Shown one piece after another: positions 1-9,508 of a stretch of DNA of 64,000 nt (position 1 is the stretch's first letter; each line of letters starts with the position of its first letter). The notes beneath the pieces were generated by a model, which was given only the letters and a program-made list of their open reading frames with translations, had not been told where the DNA came from and did no database searches. Source of the stretch: an uncultured Acidobacteriota bacterium (GTDB lineage: Bacteria > Acidobacteriota > UBA6911). A program made the translations under genes and the position numbers. Location: the NCBI GenBank assembly GCA_963843575.1, contig CAWJKZ010000027.1:32001-96000 (forward strand), read 5' to 3'.

Positions 1-213
1 GGCATGGAGCAGGAATATACAGGCTGTGATGGCGCAGGCGTTTCTCATACAATTGGAACGGCTATCAGGTTACCACAACCAGCGCTGTCCTGTTCACCGT
101 GTTTTTTGGGCAGAAAGAAAAGGCCGCGCTGCTCGCGCCCTGCACGATCACGGCAGGAAAGGTGCGGGCCGCCGGCCGTCGGGGACGCGGCAGCGATACC
201 ATTGGGAAGGGAT

Positions 214-528
214 ATGATTGCAGATCGGAAGGCGCTTGATATACTCGGTCTCGCGCGGCGCGCCGGGAAAGCGGTGTGCGGCGCCGACGCCGTGCGGGAC
301 GCCATTCGCACGGGACGCGCCTGCGTCCTCGTGCTGGCTCGCGACGCCGCGCCCAACACCGCCGACAAGGCTCGTGCCAACGCCCGTGCCGGGAACCTCC
401 CCGAACTGACGGTCGGATCCAAGTCCGAGCTGGGCCGCCGCTTCGGGCGCGACGAGGTCGCTGTCCTGTGCCTGCTCGACAAGTCCTTTCTTGCCGCCCT
501 CGAGCGCGCCCTGAAAAATGGCGCCTGA
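214..528 (+). CDS. L7Ae/L30e-family RNA-binding protein (YlxQ-like)
   Basis: MIADRKALDILGLARRAGKAVCG...VLARDAAPNT...GSKSELGRRFGR matches the L7Ae/YlxQ pattern; ATG at 214 follows GGAAGGG. Confidence 0.85.
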   Translation: MIADRKALDILGLARRAGKAVCGADAVRDAIRTGRACVLVLARDAAPNTADKARANARAGNLPELTVGSKSELGRRFGRDEVAVLCLLDKSFLAALERALKNGA

Positions 529-536
529 CCCGTCAC

Positions 537-597
537 CGAGTGCGTCCGGGGTTCAAAGGCCTCCCGGAATCGGGGTGGCGCCGAGGCGCCGCACTCC
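537..597. repeat. REP-like family A (…GCCGCACTCC), copy 1
   Basis: GAGTGCG…CGCACTC inverted arms; other copies at 7457, 10698, 14677, 52335. Confidence 0.65.
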
Positions 598-611
598 AGA
601 TCTTCAGACGA

Positions 612-1135
612 CTAGGGCGCGAGGCGGAACCCTGCCGTCAGACGGGCCGGGCCCCAGGCTATCGCGACTGTCCCCCCGGATGGGGCGTTGTTCAAGTCGA
701 TGGTGAACGATTCCACGGGCGACGGTGCCGCCCCTTTGGTGAGCCGCACGCTCGCCACGTCCTTGGCTTTGTCGTGCGTCATCACCATCCCGGAGTTCGC
801 GGAGTTGAAGACCAGTTCGTATGCGTCGGCGCGACCTTCAGCAGCCACAAGCCGTACGTCCCCTTCGGAAGCTTCGTGGCGCCAAACACCAGGTCCACGG
901 GCGTGCTCAGGGTGGTCACGCTGTTGTTGCCCATGCGCCAGTACGACCCCGTCTCCTGCCAGGTCAACGGATCCCGGCCCTTGAGCTGAGGACGGCCGTA
1001 GTCGACGACGATATCGCCTTTCGGCGTGGTCAGCTGAGCCTTGCCGCGATCCCCTTGCGCCCCGGCCGGAACGATTACAAGCACCATTGCCACACCACAT
1101 ACCAGCAGACAACCGAGCATTCGAGTCAATCTCAT
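612..1135 (-). CDS. DUF2911-family secreted protein (frameshift near 830)
   Basis: Signal peptide, then VDYGRPQLKGR and YWRMGNN...LPKGTYGLW (ORF 782..1135), continuing in another frame as YELVFN...VESFTIDL...IAWG (ORF 612..1112). Confidence 0.75.
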
Positions 1136-1269
1136 CCTGTACCCTCCTTTGTAGAGTCTAAATAATTATCGGGCTCCAACACATTTGTCCAGAACCATAG
1201 GCGCCGGTGAAACAATTTGGGACGGGAAGCATCGGTAGAGGTAAGAGCAGAACACTCGGGAGGTGCAGC

Positions 1270-1818
1270 ATGAAACCGGCGAGCAAACCAGTTTTTTGGA
1301 CCTTTCTCTCGGTCCTGCTGGCCGCCTTCCCGGCGCTGGCGGCAGGCCCTGGGCGACGACATGACCGCCAAGCGCCACAGGGGGCCGTCACGCGCCCTGC
1401 TGTCCGCGCGCCGTACGTGGCAGACCGCGACGGCCACGGCCGCGGCCAGCGACGCGAAGAAGCAAGGGAACATCGGGGCGACCGCGACGACCGGTGGCGC
1501 ATGGAACGGCGTCAGGGCAACTACCGCGGCGATCGGGACGACTACTATCGCTACCGCCCCTACCAGAACGGCAGAGGCAACAGCTACGGTTACAGCTATC
1601 GCGACCCCTATCGATACGGGAATGCCTACCCTGATGGGTACGGATCCTACGGTACCAACTCCTCCTACGATCGCGGCTACCGTGACGGGGTCACCCGAGG
1701 ACGGTCGGATTACGCCTTGGGCTACGGTTACAACCCCCGCCGTTATGACCGGCGTGGCGACCTGGAGTACCGGATGGGCTTCGACGCCGGCTACAACGCG
1801 GCGTACGGCCGCTTCTGA
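1270..1818 (+). CDS. Secreted Tyr/Gly/Arg/Asp-rich low-complexity hypothetical protein
   Basis: Signal peptide MKPASKPVFWTFLSVLLAAFPALA, then repeated YDRGYRDG / YRMGFDAGY-type segments. Confidence 0.7.
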   Translation: MKPASKPVFWTFLSVLLAAFPALAAGPGRRHDRQAPQGAVTRPAVRAPYVADRDGHGRGQRREEAREHRGDRDDRWRMERRQGNYRGDRDDYYRYRPYQNGRGNSYGYSYRDPYRYGNAYPDGYGSYGTNSSYDRGYRDGVTRGRSDYALGYGYNPRRYDRRGDLEYRMGFDAGYNAAYGRF

Positions 1819-1859
1819 ATGGCCAGTTGCCAGAACAACCCCACACCCGTCGCTTTGCG

Positions 1860-2468
1860 TCACTGGGTGTTTTGGGCCGTATTGTATTGCAGCCGGAGTG
1901 CTCCTCCCGGCCCGTTGTAGCGGAAACAGGTGGTCAGGTGATCGTTGACCATCCCGGTAGCTTGCATGTGGGCGTACACGACTGTGGAACCGACGAACTT
2001 GAATCCACGCTGCTTCAAGTCCTTGCTGGTCAGGTCCGACAGGGGGGTGCGGGAGGGCAACTCCGCGAGCGAGCGAAAACAGTTTCGGATGGGTCTGCCG
2101 TCGACGAAGCGCCAGATATACCGGTCGAACGACCCGAACTCGGCCTGCACCTCGAGAAAGCGCCGCGCGTTGTGAATGGCAGCTTCGATCTTCTGCCGGT
2201 TGCGAATGATCCCCGCGTCCCGCATCAGCCGCCGGATCTGGGGCTGGCCGTAGCGGGATACTTTCGTCACGTCGAAACCGTGAAAGGCTTTTCGGAAATT
2301 CTCCCGCTTGTGGAGAATCGTCCTCCAACTCAACCCCGCCTGCATCCCTTCGAGGATCAAGAACTCGAACAGCCTGGCGTCGTCGTGCAGCGGTACGCCC
2401 CACTCGTCGTCGTGATAGGCCACCATCAGCCCGTCGGTTCCGCCCCAGCACCTCTGGATCCCTTCCAT
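1860..2468 (-). CDS. tag: DNA-3-methyladenine glycosylase I
   Basis: RCW...YHDDEWGVP, LILEGMQAGLSW, RNRQKIEA, GFKFVGST, GMVNDHLTTC zinc-binding pattern. Confidence 0.95.
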   Translation of the reverse strand: MEGIQRCWGGTDGLMVAYHDDEWGVPLHDDARLFEFLILEGMQAGLSWRTILHKRENFRKAFHGFDVTKVSRYGQPQIRRLMRDAGIIRNRQKIEAAIHNARRFLEVQAEFGSFDRYIWRFVDGRPIRNCFRSLAELPSRTPLSDLTSKDLKQRGFKFVGSTVVYAHMQATGMVNDHLTTCFRYNGPGGALRLQYNTAQNTQ

Positions 2469-2506
2469 GTGAACCGCTCTCCTGGAAAACCTCGCCAAAC
2501 GCAGCC

Positions 2507-2830
2507 TCAGTCGGTGTGGAAGACCTCTTCCATCGGGTCCCACCATTCCCCTTGGGGGCAGCCCTCGACCGGTTGCTGCATGGGCATCATGATCTCCCAC
2601 CATTTCTGTGTGACGGGGTCCTCTCCCATCTTCGCCATGTCGGCGGCGAAGTCGTCGCCGTGGTATTCGAAATACGCAAAAAGGACCCCATCGCGGTAGA
2701 AAATGGAGTAGTTCCGGATGTTGCACCGCCGGATCGTGTCCAGAACTCCGGGCCAGACTTCCCGGTGGTAGCGCCTGTATTCCTCGAGCCTCTCCTTCTT
2801 CAGTCCGATAAGCTGACCGTAGCGTTTCAT
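2507..2830 (-). CDS. rhaM: L-rhamnose mutarotase family protein
   Basis: EYRRYHREVWP, IRNYSIF, LFAYFEY, TQKWW, MEEVFH motifs. Confidence 0.88.
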   Translation of the reverse strand: MKRYGQLIGLKKERLEEYRRYHREVWPGVLDTIRRCNIRNYSIFYRDGVLFAYFEYHGDDFAADMAKMGEDPVTQKWWEIMMPMQQPVEGCPQGEWWDPMEEVFHTD

Positions 2831-3033
2831 AACGGCGTCCTCACAATGGGGGAAAGCCTGTGCCCGCTATCTGGTTCGCCGGTAATGACGGTACCGACCT
2901 TCTCGAATGCGGCTGCGTACTGGCCCATCAGTTCGGGCGCTTCCCCATCGAGCGGCGGCAGGAACACATTCGTTGCCCGGCACCAAAGCGGAAACCACAG
3001 GTGGGTGAGCCACCATTTGGCCTCGGAGCCCAT
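2827..3033 (-). CDS. Short hypothetical protein or gene remnant
   Basis: 68-aa ORF overlapping the rhaM start; no recognisable full domain. Confidence 0.3.
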   Translation of the reverse strand: MGSEAKWWLTHLWFPLWCRATNVFLPPLDGEAPELMGQYAAAFEKVGTVITGEPDSGHRLSPIVRTPL

Positions 3034-3076
3034 CTCCAGCTCGTGCTGTTCCGGGTGATCGCGGAAACCCGCCTTG

Positions 3077-4489
3077 TCACGGCGCGTGTTTCCTGGATTG
3101 CCCCCGGATACTTACCTCCTCCTGGCGAGCCAATCGGCCCAGAAGACTGTGAATGACTTCCTTGACGCGCGCCTCGGTCCCGGGGCCGGCGTTGCTCGCT
3201 CCCGGTTCGTATCCCCCCTCGGCGAAGGCCCGGTCGGTGCAGAGGTAGCCGGGGCTGATGTCGCCGTACCCGGCGATCGCCGCAAAGTCCCCGGCCGCGA
3301 GACCCTGGGCATAGCGCTGGAACTCGAGCATGGGCTCGCCCGGCAGGTGCAGGATGCGGACCGGCCCGATCCGCAGGGCGCTTGCGGGAAGCGGACGCTT
3401 CCGCTCCGTGAACGAAAGCGACAGGGCGGCCCGGTAGGCGTCGTCGTCGGCAGCGGACGCGGCGAGCCGCGAACGCAAACGGGCGTCCGACCAGGCCGGG
3501 TCCGTCTTCAAAGGCAGGCGCAGGTCGGCGGCGCACCACCGAATCTCCGTCGCAGGCGCGAGCCTCGTCGAGGCAATCGCGGCTTTCATCCCGGCATAGA
3601 GCCGGTCGCGCAGCGCGGCGCGCGCTTCCTGGGAGCCGTCGTTGTACTTGCCGACCGTAACGTCGCCCGCGCAACCCGTGAAGTAGACCTGGGGCACCCG
3701 CTCGTCCTGCTCGAGGCTTTCGCGGGCTGCTGAGACGAAGTCGCCGGTGACGGTCCCTTCACAGCAGAACGTCTGCGGGTGTGTGGCGTAATAGTGCAAC
3801 CGCACGATCGGCCTGCCGGCGGCCGAGATCGTGATCGTCCTGATCAGCGTGTCGACCGCGCCTTCCGGGAGCGCCGCCAGTGCCGGGTCCTTTCCCCCGG
3901 AACTGAACCGGGTGACGAGGCTGCCGTCGCTCCCGGCGATCCGTCTCGCCGAGGCCACCCCGGGAACGGCGGCGGTTCCCGTACCGACTTCGTCGAACGT
4001 TTCCAACCGGGTCGCTGCCGCACGCACCGCGGCCGCGAGACGGTCGGCAACCCGCTCGAGAAACGCCGCCTGCGCCGCCGCGGGAGGTGTGAGGCGCGAG
4101 GCGAGCATGCGATAGGCGCCCAGGTCGACATAGGGCGCCGTGTGCTGGTGAACGGCATGGAGCGCCACGCGCCCGGTCCCGGTCCCGGCGGCGGCGGCAA
4201 TCCTGCTTCGGAAGAGCCGGTCGGTTTCGCCCCCTACCCCGCACCAGTCGATGGCGCAGAGCACGTACCGTTCGCGGCCGTTCTCCAGGAGAATCCCTTT
4301 AGCCCACAGCGGGTCGGAAACCCGCGCCGCGGGCGTCGTCCAGATGAGGGGCTGGCCGAGCTCGGGGGTGATGTCGCACCGGAATGGGGCGACCCGGGGC
4401 AGCGTCGCCGCCTGCAGGGGCCCAAACCAGGCGGCGACGACAATGGTTGCGAGGATACTGGCTGTTCGCCGGACACGCGCTTGGTCCAT
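3077..4489 (-). CDS. Secreted neutral/alkaline ceramidase-like hypothetical protein
   Basis: Signal peptide; CDITP, DPLWAKG, HAVHQHTAP, YATHP, FTGCAGD, HLPGEP, YGD..PGY motifs typical of this uncharacterised family. Confidence 0.7.
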   Translation of the reverse strand: MDQARVRRTASILATIVVAAWFGPLQAATLPRVAPFRCDITPELGQPLIWTTPAARVSDPLWAKGILLENGRERYVLCAIDWCGVGGETDRLFRSRIAAAAGTGTGRVALHAVHQHTAPYVDLGAYRMLASRLTPPAAAQAAFLERVADRLAAAVRAAATRLETFDEVGTGTAAVPGVASARRIAGSDGSLVTRFSSGGKDPALAALPEGAVDTLIRTITISAAGRPIVRLHYYATHPQTFCCEGTVTGDFVSAARESLEQDERVPQVYFTGCAGDVTVGKYNDGSQEARAALRDRLYAGMKAAIASTRLAPATEIRWCAADLRLPLKTDPAWSDARLRSRLAASAADDDAYRAALSLSFTERKRPLPASALRIGPVRILHLPGEPMLEFQRYAQGLAAGDFAAIAGYGDISPGYLCTDRAFAEGGYEPGASNAGPGTEARVKEVIHSLLGRLARQEEVSIRGQSRKHAP

Positions 4490-4596
4490 AGGATGGGCTC
4501 GAGATCCTGGTATCCCACTTCGTATCCACGGAAGTATATCACCCACCGCAGGCCATCGGCGCGTCCGCACACCCCCCGCGGCGGGGCTGCGCCCGG

Positions 4597-5964
4597 CTAC
4601 CTGGCCGCGAAGGGCCCGCGCAGCCGGATCAGGTCGGTCCGGGTCTTTCCGTTTTCCGTAATCCTGGACAGCGTGTAAACGTCGCCATTCCGACCGACGG
4701 CAATCGAGTTCACGTACGCCGGGCGTTCGCCGTTGTCGAAAAATATCGGGCCCTGGTCCGCATATTTCCCGTCGGGGATATCGAACGTCACCAGGTGCAG
4801 GTTTTCCTGCCCCTTGGACTCCCCTTTGGCGGTGCTCTTCTTCCCCTCGACCCGTTTTCCCGCGACATAGACGGGCCCGCCGGTCAGGTAGTGGATCGTG
4901 CGGCCGTCCGGTCCGAGCTCAAACCCGAGATACCCGTAACTGAACTGGTCGAACATGCCGCTTTTTTTGGAAGGCTGGGACGTGATCCGCTCGACCACAT
5001 CCACGGCAGGGGCGCGCGGGTCGAAACGGAATAGGTACCCCGAGTTGCCGTGCACCCCGTAGATCACGCGCTCCGCAGGGTACCAGATAGTCTGGCGCCA
5101 GTTGTACCCCATGTGCCCCGGGGACGTCGGGTCGTAGATGCCGAAGTAGTCTTTCACGAGGTCGGCCCCGGCGATCTTCTCGACCGCATCGTTCGACGGG
5201 AGGTAGCGGAGAATGGAGCCCTCGGAATTCGTGAAATAGAGGGTTCCGTCCCCGGGATCGACGACCAGGGACCGGCACAGGGTCCGGTATTCGGGGCCCT
5301 TCCCTTTCTCCCCCAGCGCGGCGAAAGTCCCGAGGTTGCGCAGGCGCCGGTCGGCGAGGTCGAAACGGAGCAGGTATCCGGTCGGCCAGGTAAGGCCGTA
5401 GATCCGGCCGCGCGCCGTGTCCATCGTCATCGACAGGATCCCCTCCTGGTGGGGTGCGACGGCGAGGTTTTCGAACTTGCGCGCCGCCGGATCGTACGAC
5501 AGGAAGTGGCCGCCGGGATAGGGCTTGGTACCGGGAGGAGGATCCCCTACGGTCTCCATGCCGTCCTTGATCGTGTAGTAGCCGATGTGGGTGGCGAAAT
5601 AGAGCTTCCCCCCCGATTCGATGAACCGCACGTGGGATTTTCCCTGCGAAACGGCCCGGAGATCCTTCTCGCCGCACGCTTCGTTGAGGTCTCCCAGGTG
5701 CTCGATCTTTTCGCTCGCGGGGTCGAACGAATACATCTGTCCCGCCACGTCGAATTTCTCGGAACAGAGGACGTAGTAGATCGTGCCGTCCGAGGCCGTG
5801 GACATACCGTTGTAGGTGTCGTGGGAGTCGGAGAAGCCGGAGTTGTACGTCTTGGCCAGGAGCTTTTCCGGGCGGGGGGCCGGGAGCGGGGCTGACGACC
5901 TTTCGGGTACGCTGCAACCCGTGATGGCCAGGGCGCACGCCAACGCCGCAATCATCCTCATCAT
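4597..5964 (-). CDS. Lipoprotein, probable beta-propeller, function unknown
   Basis: Lipobox-like LAITGC; repeated blade-like segments (DGTIYY, GGKLYF, GRIYG, DGTLYF). Confidence 0.75.
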   Translation of the reverse strand: MMRMIAALACALAITGCSVPERSSAPLPAPRPEKLLAKTYNSGFSDSHDTYNGMSTASDGTIYYVLCSEKFDVAGQMYSFDPASEKIEHLGDLNEACGEKDLRAVSQGKSHVRFIESGGKLYFATHIGYYTIKDGMETVGDPPPGTKPYPGGHFLSYDPAARKFENLAVAPHQEGILSMTMDTARGRIYGLTWPTGYLLRFDLADRRLRNLGTFAALGEKGKGPEYRTLCRSLVVDPGDGTLYFTNSEGSILRYLPSNDAVEKIAGADLVKDYFGIYDPTSPGHMGYNWRQTIWYPAERVIYGVHGNSGYLFRFDPRAPAVDVVERITSQPSKKSGMFDQFSYGYLGFELGPDGRTIHYLTGGPVYVAGKRVEGKKSTAKGESKGQENLHLVTFDIPDGKYADQGPIFFDNGERPAYVNSIAVGRNGDVYTLSRITENGKTRTDLIRLRGPFAAR

Positions 5965-5983
5965 GGAATCATTCCTCGCAAGA

Positions 5984-6081
5984 GTGGGCGGGGACGGCTC
6001 GACCCCGCCCAATGAGCTGCGACCGGGAGCTGTCAGGCATTGCTCCGAGACAACATGGGCCGCGTCGGGCCGACGCGGCCC
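5984..6081. repeat. REP-like families D+C composite
   Basis: GTGGGCGGGGACGGCTCGACCCCGCCCAAT, then GGGCCGCGTCGGGCCGACGCGGCCC. Confidence 0.65.
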
Positions 6082-6088
6082 GCAAGGT

Positions 6089-7354
6089 TCAGGCCAGGCG
6101 GTCGAGGCGGCGGATTGTTTCGATCATCGACCGGACGGTGTGGTAACAGATCTTCCATGCATGGCCGAGGGCGTCGTCTATAGGGCGCCCTTCCCTGTCC
6201 ACCCGTTCGTACCACTCGCCGCCGCCCGCCATGTTCACCATTTTGGTAAAGACGAAATCGTAGACGTTGCGGAAGGCGCGCCAGTACTGCTCCTCACCGA
6301 ACAGCTCGTAGGCATCGAGCATCCCGACCAGGACCTCGGCCTGCTGCCAGAATTGCTTTTCGTGCAGGCTTGTCGGTGCGTCGGCCGGGGTGTCGGCATA
6401 CACGCCGCCGAACTCGTGGTCGATCCCGATCCGGACGCAGTGGTCCGCGATCTTGCGGATCAAGCCCGCATAGGTCTGCCGGGGATGCCGAGAACATCGG
6501 CGGCGTGCAGGAGAAGCCAGGCGAACTCGACGTTGTGTCCGGGGGACGTCATGTTGAGCGGCCGCGCAACCCCGTCGGCCGGCCTGGCGTCTCGCCCCCA
6601 CGAACACCGCGAACAGGATGGCGGGGAGCGGCTCGAAATCCATCGTGAACTGGACGTAGCCGGTGCCGTCGGGGCGCAGCATGCGGGTCAGGATCAGGTC
6701 GATGCTCTCCAGCAGCCGCCGGCGCTGGGTCGGGTGGCCGGTCATCTCGTAGAAGGTCGTCAGCGCCTCCATCATGTGCATGTGCACGTCGAGGCTCTTG
6801 CGGTCGCCACCGTAGATCCCCGGCGGCGCGGGCTGCCAGTCCGCGCCCATCAGCTCGAGAAAACCGCCGTTGCGCGTGTCGGCCATGTTCTTGCAGACGG
6901 CCGCGTAGGTCCTCGCCGCATACTCGCGGCCGCGCGGGTCACCGGTGGCGAGGAAGTACTCGCTGAAAGCATAGATCCCGAAGCAGTGGCCGTAACCGAC
7001 CTTGTCCTTGAACGTCGGCTTCCCATGCGCGTTCGGCGATCCAATACCACCCTTCGTGCTCCGGGTCCCAGTAGTGTTCGGTGATGAAATCGGCGGCCCT
7101 GCCGGGCCAGTTCGGCGCAACGCCCGCCGCCGTAGCCGGCCCGGTGGGCGGCCGACATGGCGAACAGCATCCGGATCTGCATGAGGAACGGCTTCACCGT
7201 TTCCCCCGTCGCCCTGCCGTCGCGGTCGAAGTAACTGAGAAAACCGCCGTATTCCGGGTCGGGCGACCTGTTCGATCCAGAAGGGCAGCAGCGAGTTCAC
7301 CAGATACGAATGGGTCCTGTCCCGCAGATCTCTGATCTCTCTTTTTTCCGGCAT
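6089..7354 (-). CDS. AGE-family epimerase/isomerase (cellobiose 2-epimerase-like), multiple frameshifts
   Basis: LLPFW, KPFLMQIRM, YGHCFGIYAFSEY, KSLDVHMHMMEA, GHNVEFAW (alternate frame), KQFWQQAE, WKICYH. Confidence 0.85.
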   Translation of the reverse strand: MPEKREIRDLRDRTHSYLVNSLLPFWIEQVARPGIRRFSQLLRPRRQGDGGNGEAVPHADPDAVRHVGRPPGRLRRRALRRTGPAGPPISSPNTTGTRSTKGGIGSPNAHGKPTFKDKVGYGHCFGIYAFSEYFLATGDPRGREYAARTYAAVCKNMADTRNGGFLELMGADWQPAPPGIYGGDRKSLDVHMHMMEALTTFYEMTGHPTQRRRLLESIDLILTRMLRPDGTGYVQFTMDFEPLPAILFAVFVGARRQAGRRGCAAAQHDVPRTQRRVRLASPARRRCSRHPRQTYAGLIRKIADHCVRIGIDHEFGGVYADTPADAPTSLHEKQFWQQAEVLVGMLDAYELFGEEQYWRAFRNVYDFVFTKMVNMAGGGEWYERVDREGRPIDDALGHAWKICYHTVRSMIETIRRLDRLA

Positions 7355-7414
7355 CACCGGGGCTCCCTGCGCGTGCCCACTCTATGGTCAGAGGACCGGA
7401 CGGTCAAGGGACAA

Positions 7415-7468
7415 AGAATTGCGGCGGCTCGACGCCGCTTTGCGGGCGGCGCCGGAGCGCCGCACTCC
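7415..7468. repeat. REP-like family A doublet
   Basis: GCGGCGGCTCGACGCCGC followed by GCGGCGCCGGAGCGCCGCACTCC. Confidence 0.65.
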
Positions 7469-7547
7469 GGGTTGTCGATACCGCGCTTCATCGCGCTTGG
7501 CAGTTGTCGCCGGTATGATTATGCTTGCCTGGTTGCAGGAGGAGAAA

Positions 7548-9508
7548 ATGCTCGACACGGAAGTTCCCGCCCGCCTGCGGGAATTTGAGCCGATGACGGA
7601 AGCCCGGCTGCGGGAGGTCCTCGACACGGATCGCCAAGACCCGCATCTGGGTGCTCGGCGATTACTGCCTGGACGTGTACTGGTTCGTCGATTCGTCCAG
7701 GAGCGAGAAATCGCTCGAGACGGGGCTGCCGACCAGACCCCGTGCGGCAGCAGCGCTACTCGCTGGGGGGCGCGGGCAACGTGGTGAACAACCTGGTTGC
7801 CGCCGGCTGCCGGAACGTGCGCGCGCTCGGCGTGGTGGGCGACGACCCGTGGGGGCGGGAGATGGTGCGCCTGCTGGGCCGGATCGAGGTCAACACGGAC
7901 GACCTGCTGGTCCAGAAAGACGGCTGGGCCACGCTCGCCTACAACAAGCCCCACATCGAAAAGCAGGAGAGCAGCCGTTTCGATTTCGGCAACTTCAACG
8001 AACTCTCCCCCGAAACCGCCCGCACGCTTCTGGCGCGCTGCCGGGCGGGCGCGGGCGGGGCGGACCTGGTCATCGTCAACCAGCAGGTGCGCCAGGGGAT
8101 CCACACCGAGCCATTCCGCGCCGGGCCTGGCCGAACTGATCCGGGGGACCCCGGAAAAGACTTTCGTCGTCGACAGCCGCCACTACAGCGAGTGCTACGC
8201 CGGCTGCATCATGAAGATCAACGACCACGAGGCGGCGCGGCTGTGCGGGACCGTGCGCGCGCCCGAGGAGCTTGTCCTGCGCGAGGAGGCGCTCGCCTCC
8301 GCCCGGGCACTGTACGCGCGCTTCGGCAAGCCCGTGTTCGTGACCCGCGGCAGCCGCGGGCTGGTGGTGGTCGACCAGGCAGGCCTGTGCGAAGTCCCCG
8401 GCATACAGGTGCTCGGCCAGGTGGACACGGTCGGCGCCGGCGACAGCGCGCTGGCCGGCATCAGCCTCGCGTTGGCGGCCGGGTGCGACCCGGTAGAGGC
8501 GGCGCAGTTCGGCAACTTCGTCGCCGGCGTCACCATCCAGAAACTCAATCAGACCGGCACCGCCTCCCCCGCGGAGATCCTGACGATCGGCCGGGAACAG
8601 GCCTACGTCTACCACCCCGAGCTGGCCGAGGACCCGCGCCGCGCGCGCCACCTCCCCGGGACGGAGTTCGAGGTCGTCCGCGACGTTCCCGCCGGCTTCG
8701 CCGTCACCCACGCCATCTTCGACCACGACGGCACGATCTCCACCCTGCGCCAGGGCTGGCACCTGGTGATGGAACCGATGATGGTCAGGGCCATTCTCGG
8801 ACCGCGCTACCAGTCCGCAGACGAAGCCCTCTACCGGCGCGTCGTCGAGGCGGCGAGGAAGTTCATCGACGACTCGACCGGGATCCAGACGCTCGTCCAG
8901 ATGCAGGGCCTGGTCGACATGGTGCGGGAGTTCGGCTGCGTCCCCGAAACCGAAATCCTCGACCCGCCCGGCTACAAGGCCATCTACAACGAGGCGCTCA
9001 TGCGGCTGGTGCGCGAGCGCCTCGCCAAGCTCCGCAGGAAAGAGCTGGCCGTGGAGGACTTCGTCGTCAAGAACGCCGTCCTGCTGCTCGAACGGCTGCA
9101 CGCCGCCGGCGTGCGCCTCTACCTGGCCAGCGGCACGGACCAGCAGGACGTCGATCGACGAGGCGGAGGCCCTGGGCTATGCCCGCCTGTTCGACGGCGG
9201 CATTTTCGGATCCGTGGGGGACGTCAAGGTCGAGGCCAAGCGGGTCGTCCTGGACCGCATCCTGACCGAGATCGGCAGCCGGCGTGGTGCGCACGCTGGC
9301 CACCTTCGGCGACGGCCCGGTGGAGATCCGGGAGACGCACAAGCGGGGCGGGCTGGCCATCGGGGTCGCCAGCGACGAAATCCGCCGTTACGGCCTCGAC
9401 ACCTCGAAACGGGCGCGCCTGGTCCGGGCTGGCGCCGACCTCGTCGTCCCCGATTTCTCGCAGCTCGACGCGCTGCTAGGCCTGCTCGGGGCGGGAGCGG
9501 CGCGATGA
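7548..9508 (+). CDS. PfkB/HldA-like sugar kinase fused to a C-terminal HAD hydrolase (frameshifted)
   Basis: LGDYCLDVYW, LGGAGNV, VDTVGAGDS kinase motifs; FDHDGT, LASGT, FGDGPVEI HAD motifs, spread over ORFs 7651, 7742, 7797, 9214 and 9284; RBS GGAGGAG before ATG 7548. Confidence 0.8.

Noticed and set aside
6089-9508. Sulfoglycolysis (YihS/YihV-like) cluster
   Set aside because: The kinase is HldA-like, and no sulfoquinovosidase, aldolase or reductase is adjacent.
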